A stretch of 64,000 bases of DNA from assembly GCA_040954595.2 (NCBI GenBank), contig CM082595.2, positions 7,980,317 to 8,044,316 of the forward strand, written 5' to 3'. The position numbers and the translations under genes were made by a program. The notes beneath the pieces are model-generated. The model saw only the letters and a list, made by a program, of their open reading frames with translations, had not been told where the DNA came from and made no database searches. Shown piece after piece: positions 12,205 through 25,607 of this stretch. The stretch comes from Balanoglossus misakiensis. Its lineage: Eukaryota; Animalia; Hemichordata. Within the stretch, counting starts at the first letter, position 1; every line of letters starts with the position of its first letter.

Positions 12205-13350
12205 GTTGCTCAGCGTCAAGTCTAGAGACCTGCATTGAAATTGCCCTCAAATTCATATTCGTATTCATTTTCGCATTCGCGACATTTACTGAAAGTCATT
12301 CACAGCCCAGGTTTCCACCAGAAGACGGACATTTACGAGATATTAACACATTTGCTTACAATATTATGTTACGAAATAATTATACTTATTAATAGTGACA
12401 TAACTCTGAAAAACAGTGTATGTTTCTATTGTTTCGGAAATAATGATTTTGTTTTTAGTCTGAACTGGAGAAGAGAATCCCCGAACAAATAAGCGGTCTT
12501 GCGGATTCCATTTCGTATGCGTATTCCGAAGCGTACCGTACATGTCCTTATCGGTAACAGGTCACTTCGACCCCTGACCATGTGTCGACCCCAGTGATTC
12601 TCACCGCTTTATCTGTCTTGAAATTGTTTGTGAATGAAATTATCAACATGGCTTCGCACATTATGTTTTGTAATGTGTTGTATTTCATGTGTGTCCCTGA
12701 TTAATTGTAGTTCCCTGGATATGAATGGCATCGCGCGCAGTATACAAGAGAGGTTTACGTCTGACGGCTGGTAGTGGCGTTCGCGTATGTGTAGCGACGC
12801 GTGAATTTTGCGGTTTAGTTGTCCGTTTTGAATAAGTGTCGGCAATGTGTGGCAGGGATGTGTGTTCGCAGTTACGAAAACCTCTAGCCTTTAGAGGCTG
12901 GAATTTTCGTAACAAAACGAAATTGTCAGTCACCTTTTGATGAAAACGGTTGTCAACGTACGTAAAAAACAATAATTGCATCAAAAACATTTGAATACAT
13001 TGTGGTACTTGTGATCTCTAGAGCTTCAGGGTACAGTTATCAATCCTTGGTTCTCATTTGTTGCCTTGTACTTTAGCTATATGGATACCCGGGTGAAGCT
13101 CGTCGGCACGAAAACGTATCTAATCGACACGAACACGATAACTGTGTGATTAAATGCAAAATTTCGACTTATATTCGCCCCTGTGCTTTATGAAATGGTC
13201 TGAAATGTGGTCGGCGAGTCTGTGTTAAATTTTGGCAGTTCAGCGTGACTTCAACACTAAATCTATAGACAAATATAGCAGAAAAGTCTACAAACTTCAA
13301 AATTTCTGGAAATGCTTTATCTGGTATGGTTATGAAATGATTTTCGTTTA

Positions 13351-14054
13351 GGCTATATTCACAAACACCTCGGGGGGGCAGGAGAATTGAGGGGGGGATT
13401 TGAAAAAATTGAGGGTATATAAGGGGGGATTTGAAATAATTTAGGGACTGAAAGGGGGGGGGACTTGAAAACTTTGACGACTAAATATTTATTTGGAGCC
13501 CACAAAAATGCAGTTTCGCGCCCTTTATTTTACAAAATTTTCTAATGTGGGAGGGGGACACCCCCTCCCACACCCACCCCTCCATTCATCAACACCCTTC
13601 AATCATTGACTGGTTTATCTAGTGTCCCAGGTCAGGGGACTTGTTGCCACCCCATGATAACTTTGAGCGGTGACGGTTAAATTTGTCAACATACCGGTAG
13701 TTGAGTTACATGTAATTTGCTTTTGCCGGGTTCATTAAAATGCAGCTTTGTCTCCCAACACAAATACAAATACTTAAAAATTACAAACAATGTTCAGTTT
13801 TAATACCCACTGATGAGGGGAAACATCAGTTTCAAATTGTTTTCATGGGAACGCTGTTTTTCTTTTTTTACAAGATAGATTTGTTTTGCTCTGTGAAAGA
13901 AAATGGGGGGGGGGGGGTTCAAAATTTTGGAAGTACGGAAGGGGGGAATTTGAAAATATTTTGGGTTGTGTACGGGGGGCATGTGAAAATTAGCGGTAAA
14001 AAAATTGAATTCTCCCGCCCCCCACCCCCTCCAGAGGTGTTTGTGAATGCAGCC
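13351..14054. mobile_element. PIF/Harbinger-type MITE
   Basis: TTA|ggctatattcacaaacacctc...gaggtgtttgtgaatgcagcc|TTA; 3-bp TTA TSD; subterminal G/C runs. Confidence 0.85.
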
Positions 14055-14544
14055 TTATGAAGAATCAAATCTCAGCGACGCACGATAGCTTCTGGTGAAT
14101 GCGAAGACCCATCAGCTTTCACGCAAATACAGTCAAAATATCAAATTCAACATTGAAGACGGAAGCGCGAGATGCCTTGAGTCTGTGTTCTGTCAGCTTG
14201 TCTGAGAAAACAATAACATTTCCGAAAAATAATGACACGAAATCCAAAGTATCGTAATAGCATTTCTTCAGAACTCCGATTCTATATTTGGCTGCCGTGT
14301 AACATCGCGTCCGTTTAGCACCGGCACAAATTAGCAGAACTCAGAGGTCAATATTTTGATTAAAAACAAAGATTTTAACGATATTACCTTCCTGTTCCAT
14401 GATATCTGTGGTTTCTATGGCGCTCAAATCTCACGATATGTACAATTTAAAGGCCAACTGGGGTATTATTCCTGTCGTTTCAGCCACGAAAACTGAGCAG
14501 ACGACACGACGCGAAACAGCTCGTTCACACTCAGTTGACATCGA

Positions 14545-17404
14545 CTCAGGCCAGTGTGTTCTACGCATCACAACGGAATATGTAAATAGCAAGACGGCGT
14601 TTGGAAGCAACCATGGATATTTTAGAACAAGCCGTCGATCTACAGAGTCTACCGGAAAACTTTCTTATTCCCTCGGGCCTGTGTGTTCTACGCATCACAA
14701 CGGAATATGCAAATAACAAGACGGCGTTTGGAAGCAACCATGGATATTTTAGAACAAGCCGTCGATCTACAGAGTCTACCGGAAAACTTTCTTATTCGCT
14801 CGGGCCTGTGTGTTCTACGCATCACAACGGAATATGCAAATAACAAGACGGCGTTTGGAAGCAACCATGGATATTTTAGAACAAACAGTCGACCTACACA
14901 GTCTTTCGGAAAACTTTCTTATTCGCTCGGGCCAGTGTGTTCTTCGCATCACAACGGAATATGCAAATAACAAGACGGCGTTTGGAAGCATCCATGGATA
15001 TTTTAGAACAAACAGTCGACCTACAGAGTCTACCGGAAAACTTTCTTATTCCCTCGGGCCAGTGTGTTATACGCATCACAACGGAATATGCAAATAACAA
15101 GACGGCGTTTGGAAGCAACCATGGATATTTTAGAACAAGCCGTCGATCTACAGAGTCTACCGGAAAACTTTCTTATTCCCTCGGGCCTGTGTGTTCTACG
15201 CATCACAACGGAATATGCAAATAACAAGACGGCGTTTGGAAGCAAGCATGGATATTTTAGAACAAGCCGTCGACCTACAGAGTCTACCGGAAAACTTTCT
15301 TATTCCCTCGGGCCAGTGTGTTATACGCATCACAACGGAATATGCAAATAACAAGACGTCGTTTGGAAGCAACCATGGATATTTTAGAACAAGCCGTCGA
15401 TCTACAGAGTCTACCGGAAAACTTTCTTATTCCCTCGGGCCTGTGTGTTCTACGCATCACAACGGAATATGCAAATAACAAGACGGCGTTTGGAAGCAAC
15501 CATGGATATTTTAGAACAAGCCGTCGATCTACAGAGTCTACCGGAAAACTTTCTTATTCCCTCGGGCCTGTGTGTTCTACGCATCACAACGGAATATGCA
15601 AATAACAAGACGGCGTTTGGAAGCAACCATGGATATTTTAGAACAAGCCGTCGATCTACAGAGTCTACCGGAAAACTTTCTTATTCCCTCGGGCCTGTGT
15701 GTTCTACGCATCACAACGGAATATGCAAATAACAAGACGGCGTTTGGAAGCAACCATGGATATTTTAGAACAAGCCGTCGATCTACAGAGTCTACCGGAA
15801 AACTTTCTTATTCCCTCGGGCCTGTGTGTTCTACGCATCACAACGGAATATGCAAATAACAAGACGGCGTTTGGAAGCAACCATGGATATTTTAGAACAA
15901 GCCGTCGATCTACAGAGTCTACCGGAAAACTTTCTTATTCCCTCGGGCTGTGTGTTCTACGCATCACAACGGAATATGCAAATAACAAGACGGCGTTTGG
16001 AAGCAACCATGGATATTTTAGAACAAGCCGTCGATCTACAGAGTCTACCGGAAAACTTTCTTATTCCCTCGGGCCTGTGTGTTCTACGCATCACAACGGA
16101 ATATGCAAATAACAAGACGGCGTTTGGAAGCAACCATGGATATTTTAGAACAAGCCGTCGATCTACAGAGTCTACCGGAAAACTTTCTTATTCCCTCGGG
16201 CCTGTGTGTTCTACGCATCACAACGGAATATGCAAATAACAAGACGGCGTTTGGAAGCAACCATGGATATTTTAGAACAAGCCGTCGATCTACAGAGTCT
16301 ACCGGAAAACTTTCTTATTCCCTCGGGCCTGTGTGTTCTACGCATCACAACGGAATATGCAAATAACAAGACGGCGTTTGGAAGCAACCATGGATATTTT
16401 AGAACAAGCCGTCGATCTACAGAGTCTACCGGAAAACTTTCTTATTCCCTCGGGCCTGTGTGTTCTACGCATCACAACGGAATATGCAAATAACAAGACG
16501 GCGTTTGGAAGCAACCATGGATATTTTAGAACAAGCCGTCGATCTACAGAGTCTACCGGAAAACTTTCTTATTCCCTCGGGCCTGTGTGTTCTACGCATC
16601 ACAACGGAATATGCAAATAACAAGACGGCGTTTGGAAGCAACCATGGATATTTTAGAACAAGCCGTCGATCTACAGAGTCTACCGGAAAACTTTCTTATT
16701 CCCTCGGGCCTGTGTGTTCTACGCATCACAACGGAATATGCAAATAACAAGACGGCGTTTGGAAGCAACCATGGATATTTTAGAACAAGCCGTCGATCTA
16801 CAGAGTCTACCGGAAAACTTTCTTATTCCCTCGGGCCTGTGTGTTCTACGCATCACAACGGAATATGCAAATAACAAGACGGCGTTTGGAAGCAACCATG
16901 GATATTTTAGAACAAGCCGTCGATCTACAGAGTCTACCGGAAAACTTTCTTATTCGCTCGGGCCAGTGTGTTCTACGCATCACAACGGAATATGCAAATA
17001 ACAAGACGGCGTTTGGAAGCAACCATGGATATTTTAGAACAAACCGTCGATCTACAGAGTCTACCGGAAAACTTTCTTATTCGCTCGGGCCAGTGTGTTC
17101 TTCACATCACAACGGAATATGCAAATAACAAGACGGCGTTTGGAAGCAACCATGGATATTTTAGAACAAACCGTCGATGTACAGTGTCTACCGGAAAACT
17201 TTCTTATTCGCTCGGGCCAGTGTGTTCTTCGCATCACAACGGAATATGCAAATAACAAGACGGCGTTTGGAAGCAACCATGGATATTTTAGAACAAACCG
17301 TCGATCTACAGAGTCTACCGGAAAACTTTCTTATTCGCTCGGGCCAGTGTGTTCTTCGCATCACAACGGAATATGCAAATAACAAGGCGGCGTTTGGAAG
17401 CAAC
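14545..17404. repeat. Tandem array, 127-bp unit x ~22.5
   Basis: Unit gtgtgttctacgcatcacaacggaatatgcaaataacaagacggcgtttggaagcaaccatggatattttagaacaagccgtcgatctacagagtctaccggaaaactttcttattccctcgggcct. ORF-track starts recur every 127 nt; there are no variable spacers. Confidence 0.98.
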
Positions 17405-17811
17405 GTCGCCTCGAAATCCGTCATGTCAGATTTTCGGGCGACGAGTAGCGTGACGCGCAAGCGATTGCCCCGTGTTACCAGATATACCTCAAAACATGTT
17501 GACATCTGCACATGCGAAAATGGTATTAATTTGTTATTTTACGAACCAGACACTAGCTGTAGACTCCGGAAAATATTGGTTATAATAAGTATTGGTTATG
17601 ATATAGGAAAATTATATATAATAGATCAATTTTTCAATATAAACTCAAGTTTTGTGAAATAACATTTCGATTAGTTTTCTTTCCTGTGACGGTACGGAAA
17701 TAAACCGTGAAAATGGTTATGACGATTGCCACTTCAATTGGAATGTACTTGGTCGAGCTTGCCATTACAACAATATCAGATTTTAACCTTTTTTTTTCGT
17801 GAGGTTCATTG

Positions 17812-17872
17812 TGTTTGTTTGTTTGTTTGTTTGTTTGTTTGTTTGTTTGTTTGTTTGTTTGTTTGTTTGTTT
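17812..17872. repeat. (GTTT)n microsatellite
   Basis: Direct reading. Confidence 0.95.
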
Positions 17873-19095
17873 TTGGGGGGCGCCGTATCCAAATATCATA
17901 ACCAAATTTCAGAGTATGAAAACGTCAGATTATAATTACTGTCCGTGCACAGTTCAATAGTTCTTGCACAACCTCGAGTCTCCAATGTAGGCTACGTCGT
18001 AGAACCCGCTTTTTGAGGAAACGTGATTTCTTTGTCTGTGACGACATCATGCATACTCTAGCTCAGCAATCTAAAAAAATGTTGCACCAAAACTTAATAT
18101 AGCTTTACACAGAATCATTGAAAGATTGTGGTTACCTTACGTTTGTTCAAGTAGACTTGACACCAAATCTTCTCTGTCACTGGAACTCTACCTTTTGACC
18201 CCTATGAAACCTCACTTTCTTTCTTCCGTATGGTATCAATAAAACAAGAAAGACAAAAGAAACTTGCTCGAGAGAATAGATTTTGTATTTGCAATGACGG
18301 CAGTACCGAAAACGAGAACCATTTCATTTTACAATGTTAATTGAATAACGTTTTAAATTATCTCCCACCCCCGGTACTCCACTAACCCGAATCTAGATAA
18401 ATTTGGAATTGTGCCGTATTTATTTCCTCATCACAGACTCTCTCGCCAAGCGTAGGCCTACATCATGAACAATTTAGGCAGAAATAATTGGACCACATCA
18501 ATTACTAGTACATTTTGTTTTCATATAGGTTGGGCTATGTCTGGGTGGTGCAAGAAGCTGGAAATAAAAAATCGAGTTGATTTTGTTTTGGTTCTGTTAA
18601 CTTCTTTCTCTGTAAAATCTGAGTAATCGATTGACAGAGAATGTTACTGTAAGTCTATTTTCTGAATATGAAGCGGTGGCCTTGAAAAATAGGCCTTGCC
18701 TAATAAAGCATTGTTGTTTATATATGCGGCTAGTCTGGGCGTTGGAAATCAGGCTTGCTCAGCGTGGCTGGTGTAACATTTCCACAGGTTACAAAAAGGA
18801 GAGTGTAATAATGTCATACACGAGTACGAGCGCTTTTTCTTCCTCTCTGGGGCTTGGGCCTGGAAGTAAAATCTGAACACTCCATTAGCCCTACGGAACG
18901 TTTCAATCAATTTGCTCGTTCCAATCAGTTTATGTCGAAATGGAAATACTATTCTTAAGATACACTTTCCTCTAACGTGTTTCACCAAAGAGCGAAACAC
19001 TTAAAACGTTTATCTAACAACGGGAACGATGGCGAATTTTGTTTCTTCATAACGAGAGTGATGGAACTCTTCGATGATTTGTTTCTATCGGGCCG

Positions 19096-19270
19096 ATGGG
19101 CCGATTACCGGAAGACACGTCACCACAAGAGGGCGCACTATGCAGGCTACTCGGGAAAGCTCTGAAAGAATGCATGAAAACCAAAAGAATTTGTCCGCTC
19201 AATTCAATACAACGCAGTAAATACGTGACCCATCACCTCTTTGTTTTAAAGCAGATGTTTGTTTACGCAT
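19096..19270 (+). CDS. Uncharacterised TM/coiled-coil gene, candidate exon 1
   Basis: ATG 19096 is open to a strong donor cat|GTAAGT; phase 1 fits exon 2. Phase match alone is weak, so this may be UTR. Confidence 0.4.
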
Positions 19271-20274
19271 GTAAGTACATTCAATGACAATGGTGTTTGC
19301 AAGGAAAATTTGACAAAATAAGTAAATTGTATTTATTTCTATATTTCTAGAAAATTATGAAAACATTTTGGTAACATGTACATAATAATCATCTTATTCG
19401 AAGGCACACAAGCAATGAACAACACGTTGTCCCCTCGTTTATATAGTTCAAACTTTTCACTTTTAGTAATTTTGCTTAGTGTATCTGCTGTTTGTAATTC
19501 CAGAAAGTGTGTGGCGACGGAATTTTATTTATTCCCCCCCCCCTATAAGTCAGTTTTATAGTTTTATCAATATAGTAACATGAATACTGTTCATGCAGTC
19601 ACTGATCACGCGCCCCTAAGTGTCCAGTGTTTTATAGATATAGCTGAAACAGTTCGAGTTTGCCGTTGCCGTCACCAAAAACCAGAAAAAGGGGCGACGC
19701 GCTGTTATTCAAGTGACGCGGGCGCTGACCAGAAGCATTTCATTTTTTGCCTTATCAGATGATTTTGTCTCTTATTTCTTTTTTGGATAATATTGTCTAA
19801 GTTGTCTAAGGCAGAGCGTGTCAGAAGCATGCGCAACATGTGTTATTTGACAAAGTGTGGCGCTTTGAAAGGCATATCATTGATGTCAGTGCATCCATGC
19901 AAATTTGATTGTTTATATGCATGGTTGTATAACAGTGGTGACGTGGTAAAGAATTTGACCAATCAAAAATAACTTTACGAGGGAGTGCTGCATAACTTCG
20001 CAATCTTGGAAGGCTGTTCCTGATTGGTGAGGTTTTTGACAGCTCAATCTGCATGCTACCAACAACTGTATTCTGTTTGCTTCACCTGTTGTTTTATCCT
20101 TTACACCTCCTTACGATGTCATTTTCACTTCTGTCTATTTAGCATATCGCTCAAGGTATTTGCATAACAATAAAACCTTGTCGTTGATGTTCAGTTCGTT
20201 TATTGTTCTCCCTTCTGTCCACACGCCTTCATATTCGTTCCGCAAATATTCCCTAGCTTTAGATTTTTTTCTCG

Positions 20275-20672
20275 ATTTATTAGTTCTTAGTTAATTTTTA
20301 TTGCAATTCCCAGTTCATTTTCATTATCATATTTCATAGTTTAGATCAGTATTAGTTAGATATATAATTTTTTTTCATTCAGTTATCGTTTACAGTCGCA
20401 TTTCTTTCAAATTTCTTAGTCATTTAGTTAGATAGATTAGTTTATTATATTAGTTCCGTTTATTATTAGATTTTTAGTTAGTATATTTTCTTATTTCAGA
20501 TTAGTTTTAGTATTTGTATTTTTAGTTGGTTAGTAAGTTAGTTAGATAGTTAGTTACTTAGCAGTTAGTTAGTAAGTTAGTAAGATAGTTAGTTGCTTAG
20601 TAGTAAGTTAGTTAGTAAGTTAGTTAGATACTTAGTTAGTTAGTTAGTTTCTTAGTTATAGTTTCAATATTA
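20275..20672. repeat. Degenerate (TAGT/TAAG)n low-complexity tract
   Basis: ttagttagtaagttagttagatag-type repeats; similar tracts at ~30775-30850 and ~48956-49110. Confidence 0.85.
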
Positions 20673-22971
20673 GTTTTTGTTCGGATTTGTTGCTGTCCCA
20701 GGGCCAAAAGATTGAAGTAAGTATAATATATATTTTTAATGATTTTTCCTTGTGTTTGCGCGCAACTTCCCTTAGGTAGCTGCCAGGGCCCTGTATTATA
20801 TGTTCTGGTTCGCGTTGTGCATGACATATCCGTCTTGTACCAAGAGAATCCATAAGCAAGTATAGGTTGTATAGAAAGAACGGCAGGGTTTTTCAGTGAC
20901 AATTTGCTATGTTTTCTGCTTGAGTTAGGCCTACGTGTTGGAATAATGGCAGCCGGGCGTATTCGACATTGAGTGCAGAAATGCCAAAACAATACATGGT
21001 TCAAAGCAGCAAGTCGGACCAATTGATATCATAAGAATGTCAAGATTTTCATGAAGCCTAGTATAGGCCCACCAGGGCCTCTTTAATTGACTATCTCCAT
21101 ACAGTAGAACTAATTACATGGTCTAAACATTAGCGTAGAAAGTAAACAAAGTATTGAGGCACACCGTACACCATGAATAGATCCACGTGGAGGACGGCAG
21201 CCAACCGAGTATAAATTACAATCTGTACAAGCGCTTTCAATTTGTCTTTTCCCATAGGATTGCTAGAAAACCCGCGTCTGCTATTGTCATTTTCATGAAC
21301 GTTTAGGTCTACCCATAACTCAGTCAAATGAATTAAAATTGAATGGTAGAAAACAATTGAATAGCCAACGCGCTCAATTTCGAGGATAAACTCCGTTGAA
21401 TATGTTCACCCAAGGGGAAAACGGAAAATTGTTGCCTCGGTAGTTTTTATTTTTATTATGATCGACTAATCTCACGGCCTTGAATTTCAAAACCAAGCAC
21501 GTTTTAACCCCCTGCAATTTATTAGCGATCGAAAAAATGCTTACAAAGGAGAATAAACAACCAGCAACTTGTAAAGAGAAGTGACAAGACTTTCAATTTG
21601 ACGAATATCCACGCATTAGTATTCTCGCGTACTTGCTCCGTGTGTACAGCATTTGCCACAAATGACAAATGAGCGAAATTCACTTTTCTGCTAACAATGT
21701 TTGGAAATATTTATTAGTGGCTTTCGCTGTCCAGCCGCCATTTTATAGTGTCACTGTCTACATTTTAGGGCTATTTTTCACCGTCCACTGAATGATGACG
21801 GAGCTCAGCGAGTGCCCTCGAGCGATATGTTTTCCAGTCTTAGAATATCCAAACGAAAACACACCAAGTTTTCTGCCAGTTGTTTGTATTTTAATTTTCT
21901 GGCATTGAACAAGCCGCAATGACTGTGTCTCGGACTATTTTGCAGACACACATGTTAAACTAGGTTGTCGGTATTGACAGTCCCATAAATAATATGGTAT
22001 CGACCAGTGCAGGCCCACGTTCCCGTCCGCAGTTCATTTTCAACTTGAAAATTATTTTTTATAGTACAGTATTATAATATTATAACCGGAGCACGCCCTC
22101 AACAGGGTTGACCTTTGGCCTGTCAAAAAAGCACTCGAGCGCCATGACTCATGAGACTGTGCGTCGACCAGAAGTAATATTTATATTGATTTATTGTGTC
22201 TTCAACTTGAGTCATGTCGAGCTGAATCAAGGAGTCATGGTCCAAGCAATGATGAGACAGGTAGAATACAGTTTTCAGCCACGATATGATGTGATACACG
22301 ACTAAACCCAAACGCAGATGCAGAATCGTAGCTCGAGGTTTTACCTTGTGAGTATACATGTAGTGTAGAATGTGTGTATTGACGGAAACATTTAGACGCC
22401 GTCCACACACAATTCCAGGTTAAAATCCGCATGCATGTTAGTAAAACTCTGTAGTATAGACAGTTATAGCCCTGCGTACAGGTCTGTGTGTTCCAGGCGT
22501 TACACGGGGCTAAGACAGTGAGTAATATTATGGCGAAGTATGCCCCCTGATATTGCCATTGGCCCTCCAATAAACATCTCATATTTTTCTATGTTTCTCA
22601 GTGTGTTGACCAATAAGGCGGGTACGTTTACACCTTTGGTTATAATCCAGCAAAAGGCCTGGTTTGGCATGCATATGTGCCTGGTGAAATTCCTCCAACA
22701 CCTCTTCAGGCCCTAAATAAATAATGTTCGCTCTCTTAGACAGCTTCAAGTTGTGATTATAATGGTGGGCCTGTAATTCCTCATTATTATATAACCAGTA
22801 AACTACTACAATTTACTGTCTCAGACCTGGACAATTTACACCGTTATCAATATTCAATTTGCAAGTAAGCTTACATGAAAACGAGGAAACAGACCTGTGG
22901 TATGATACCACTTTATTTGAAATAATTAAATTTGTTTTTTATCATCCTTGATGTCATTTCATTATTTTTAG

Positions 22972-23039
22972 ATATGTGGGAATACCATTCCGCAAAGTTC
23001 AGAACAATCCGGCTCCAGCGAACCGAAGAGAGCTATAAG
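22972..23039 (+). CDS. Uncharacterised TM/coiled-coil gene, exon 2
   Basis: tattttttAG|(Y)MWEYHSAKFRTIRLQRTEESYK|GTATAT; 68 nt; contains its own ATG. Confidence 0.55.
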
Positions 23040-23145
23040 GTATATTAATTTTGAAATACAATTTAGAATTTACAAACAAATATATTTAGTTTGGGATTTA
23101 ATATTACCGATAACCGAGAAATTGATGACAATTTTATCAAGGAGT

Positions 23146-23278
23146 CTGCGTATTCACGCATGTAGAATTTCTGTTGGAACAGATTTCTGAATGTCGCTGA
23201 CTATGCAAAATCCCAATTATGCTGACAATGTAAAATTCCAATTCTAAATGAAGAAATTCTACATGCGTGAATACGCAG
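23146..23278. mobile_element. Small MITE with 27-bp perfect TIRs
   Basis: ctgcgtattcacgcatgtagaatttct ... agaaattctacatgcgtgaatacgcag. Confidence 0.8.
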
Positions 23279-23759
23279 TCACCAGATTCAATCTGACTAT
23301 CTGTAAGTCAACGTTATGAAATCGAATTGTTGCACTGAAAAATGGAAAGTTGAATTGTGAAATCAAATTTTAAACTAAGAAATGGAATGTTGAATAGAAA
23401 TAAGAATAGCAAAATGAGGAGTTGTAATTTTGTCATGGATTGTCACACCATAGACTGCCAACACTCTCTTGAACAATGCTGCAAAGTCTTCTCAATTGAT
23501 ACACACATGGCAACCAGCAATCAGCCAGCAGTTTTCTGAAGTAAAATGGGCTAAAAAATGATTCTTTTAATGGCCATAATATCATGTGACCTAGTATGCA
23601 TAATGATGTTGTACTATGCACCAGCCTGTTCCTCCATGTCATTGTTTCAAAATATAAACTTTAAGAATTTTAGGACGTTGATAATTGACACCATGCTGCA
23701 ATTCCTGAAAGTGTCTCTTATAATCCTAAATGAATATATTCTTCCTATTTCATATACAG

Positions 23760-23834
23760 AGAATTAGGCAGAGACAGAGTGCTCTAAACAGAATAGGAGC
23801 AAGGGAAGAAAGACTGACAACATTGCGATGCATG
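23760..23834 (+). CDS. Uncharacterised TM/coiled-coil gene, exon 3
   Basis: catatacAG|RIRQRQSALNRIGAREERLTTLRCM|GTAAGT; 75 nt, phase 0. Confidence 0.6.
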
Positions 23835-25097
23835 GTAAGTGATTCACAACAATTGCAAAAAACCTGAAACTGAATTCTCTTTTTATTTGTAACCCAGAAA
23901 TAGCCAAACACATTTTGTTCACACATGGCACAAGGACTATGTGGTTTTAAAGCTACCATATAATTAACAGAGTGTCTGTCCTCCTATGTCTGTCATCCTG
24001 CATGTTCATACAAGTTCAATCACGTGATACAGAGGTTCTGTTCGATTATTTTTCCTTTGCATACTTCAATATGCATTCAGAATTTACTTTGCCTAAATGT
24101 AACAATATTGCCTTGGGTAGGCATTTGAAAGCCTGAAAAGAACACCACCGTACCGGTACATTATTACAAAGATTTCTATATATCAATGCCATGTTACCTG
24201 AGTGAAAATTGTAACATTTCTGTGCATTTCTGCATTATTTTTATCTTGTAAGCCTCGCTGAATACAATTTGCAAATTTGCACTTGTGGTGTATGCATCCT
24301 TCATTATCTTTGTGTAATTATGGTCAGACATTTTGAAATGCGCAGGATTTTGCATTAATGGAACCACTGATGATACTTCTAACCTTTATGCCATGGCAAT
24401 CATGAATGTAACTGTAGCCATATTGTACAGACTTTATGTAACAAATCATTTGTTGTCTTACTGATGTTTTCTGTCCAAGTTTTTAAGCATTGTTCAATCA
24501 GATTCTGCAATGATGGAAACAAACGAATTTGTGCTACATTCTGGCAAATGGGGATAAAGCTAATACCAGTATGAATTTATGAGTGCCTGAGAAGGCTATC
24601 TGTGACATGGGTGTACTGTACGATCGAGTTGCACATTCATGGGCATTCAAATACATAACAGCGCCCTCTAGCGGCTGGCTGTGACGATGTTTTTAAATTT
24701 GAACAACCTATATAGGCTCACGAGCATCAACAGTAAAAGCAACATGAAAGAAATATTGGTATTTTTGTCAGAAACTTTGCATTATTATAATTTTCGAGTA
24801 AATTATATATTTATCCCCTGAAACTAATAACACAAGTATTATGGCACGAGTTATTGGACTTCATTTACTCTGACTTTGATCAACAATTTTAAAGTAATAA
24901 TTTGAAGTCCATATGTAAATTGGATCAACTATTTGTGGTCCTTTAAAAATGTGCTTATCTTGGGTTTTATAATGTACCTTGATCCATCATTCAATACTCA
25001 GTAATGTGTCATTGACCGAAATGGCATGACATTGACAGTTTTCAACATTTCAGTTTCAATGATTTGCTAATTCTCTTTTTTGTATAATTTGATCTAG

Positions 25098-25136
25098 GTA
25101 AAGGATCCTCTACAAGATCCCCCAGGAAAGCCCAAT
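25098..25136 (+). CDS. Uncharacterised TM/coiled-coil gene, exon 4
   Basis: gatctAG|VKDPLQDPPGKPN|GTAAGT; 39 nt, phase 0. Confidence 0.65.
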
Positions 25137-25194
25137 GTAAGTAGCTTTGGTTTTTCTGACCTCTTAGTCATGTGTGCTTTCATACAATGTTTAA

Positions 25195-25406
25195 AGGGAA
25201 GCGGTTGTCGCGCTGCGTGGGTGTCCCCCCTGATGAGAATACGTCTTCCCATACCTGCACAAACCTCACTGCAGTCACCACAACCAGGATCTTCAGTTGC
25301 TACGGTTGGCTGCTTCGTTCATTCTAGGAATTATTTAATTTCAGGGATTTGAAGGTGAATTCTAATGTCTATCAACAAACAATCACAGCGCGCTGACCCC
25401 TTCACT
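25195..25406. mobile_element. TTAA-flanked MITE (Kolobok-like)
   Basis: TTAA|agggaagcggttgtcgcgctg...cagcgcgctgaccccttcact|TTAA; imperfect TIRs. Confidence 0.65.
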
Positions 25407-25506
25407 TTAAAGTGCTACAATATTACGCAAAATTTCAATACGTGCAAGATCTGTGTTTGGTATAGTAGGTGCATTATCACTTAACAGTTGTATTTTTACT
25501 TTCCAG

Positions 25507-25575
25507 CTCTATGAGGTTAACTGGCAATGGCTGCTGATCGCAGTTGCTGTTGTAGCAGTGGTGTGTTGTGTTTTC
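25507..25575 (+). CDS. Uncharacterised TM/coiled-coil gene, exon 5 (transmembrane helix)
   Basis: tttccAG|LYEVNWQWLLIAVAVVAVVCCVF|GTAAGT; 69 nt, phase 0. Confidence 0.72.
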
Positions 25576-25607
25576 GTAAGTATGGGCACATTAAACTGTT
25601 ATGGCAA

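Noticed and set aside
12604-12660. POLR3C non-coding first exon (minus-strand donor gcg|GTGAGA near 12604)
   Set aside because: Plausible, but several alternative donors exist and it cannot be resolved without transcript data.
14545-17404. CRISPR array or repeated 95-aa genes
   Set aside because: There are no unique spacers or cas genes and the context is eukaryotic. The unit is not a multiple of 3, so the ORFs are artefacts of the repeat.
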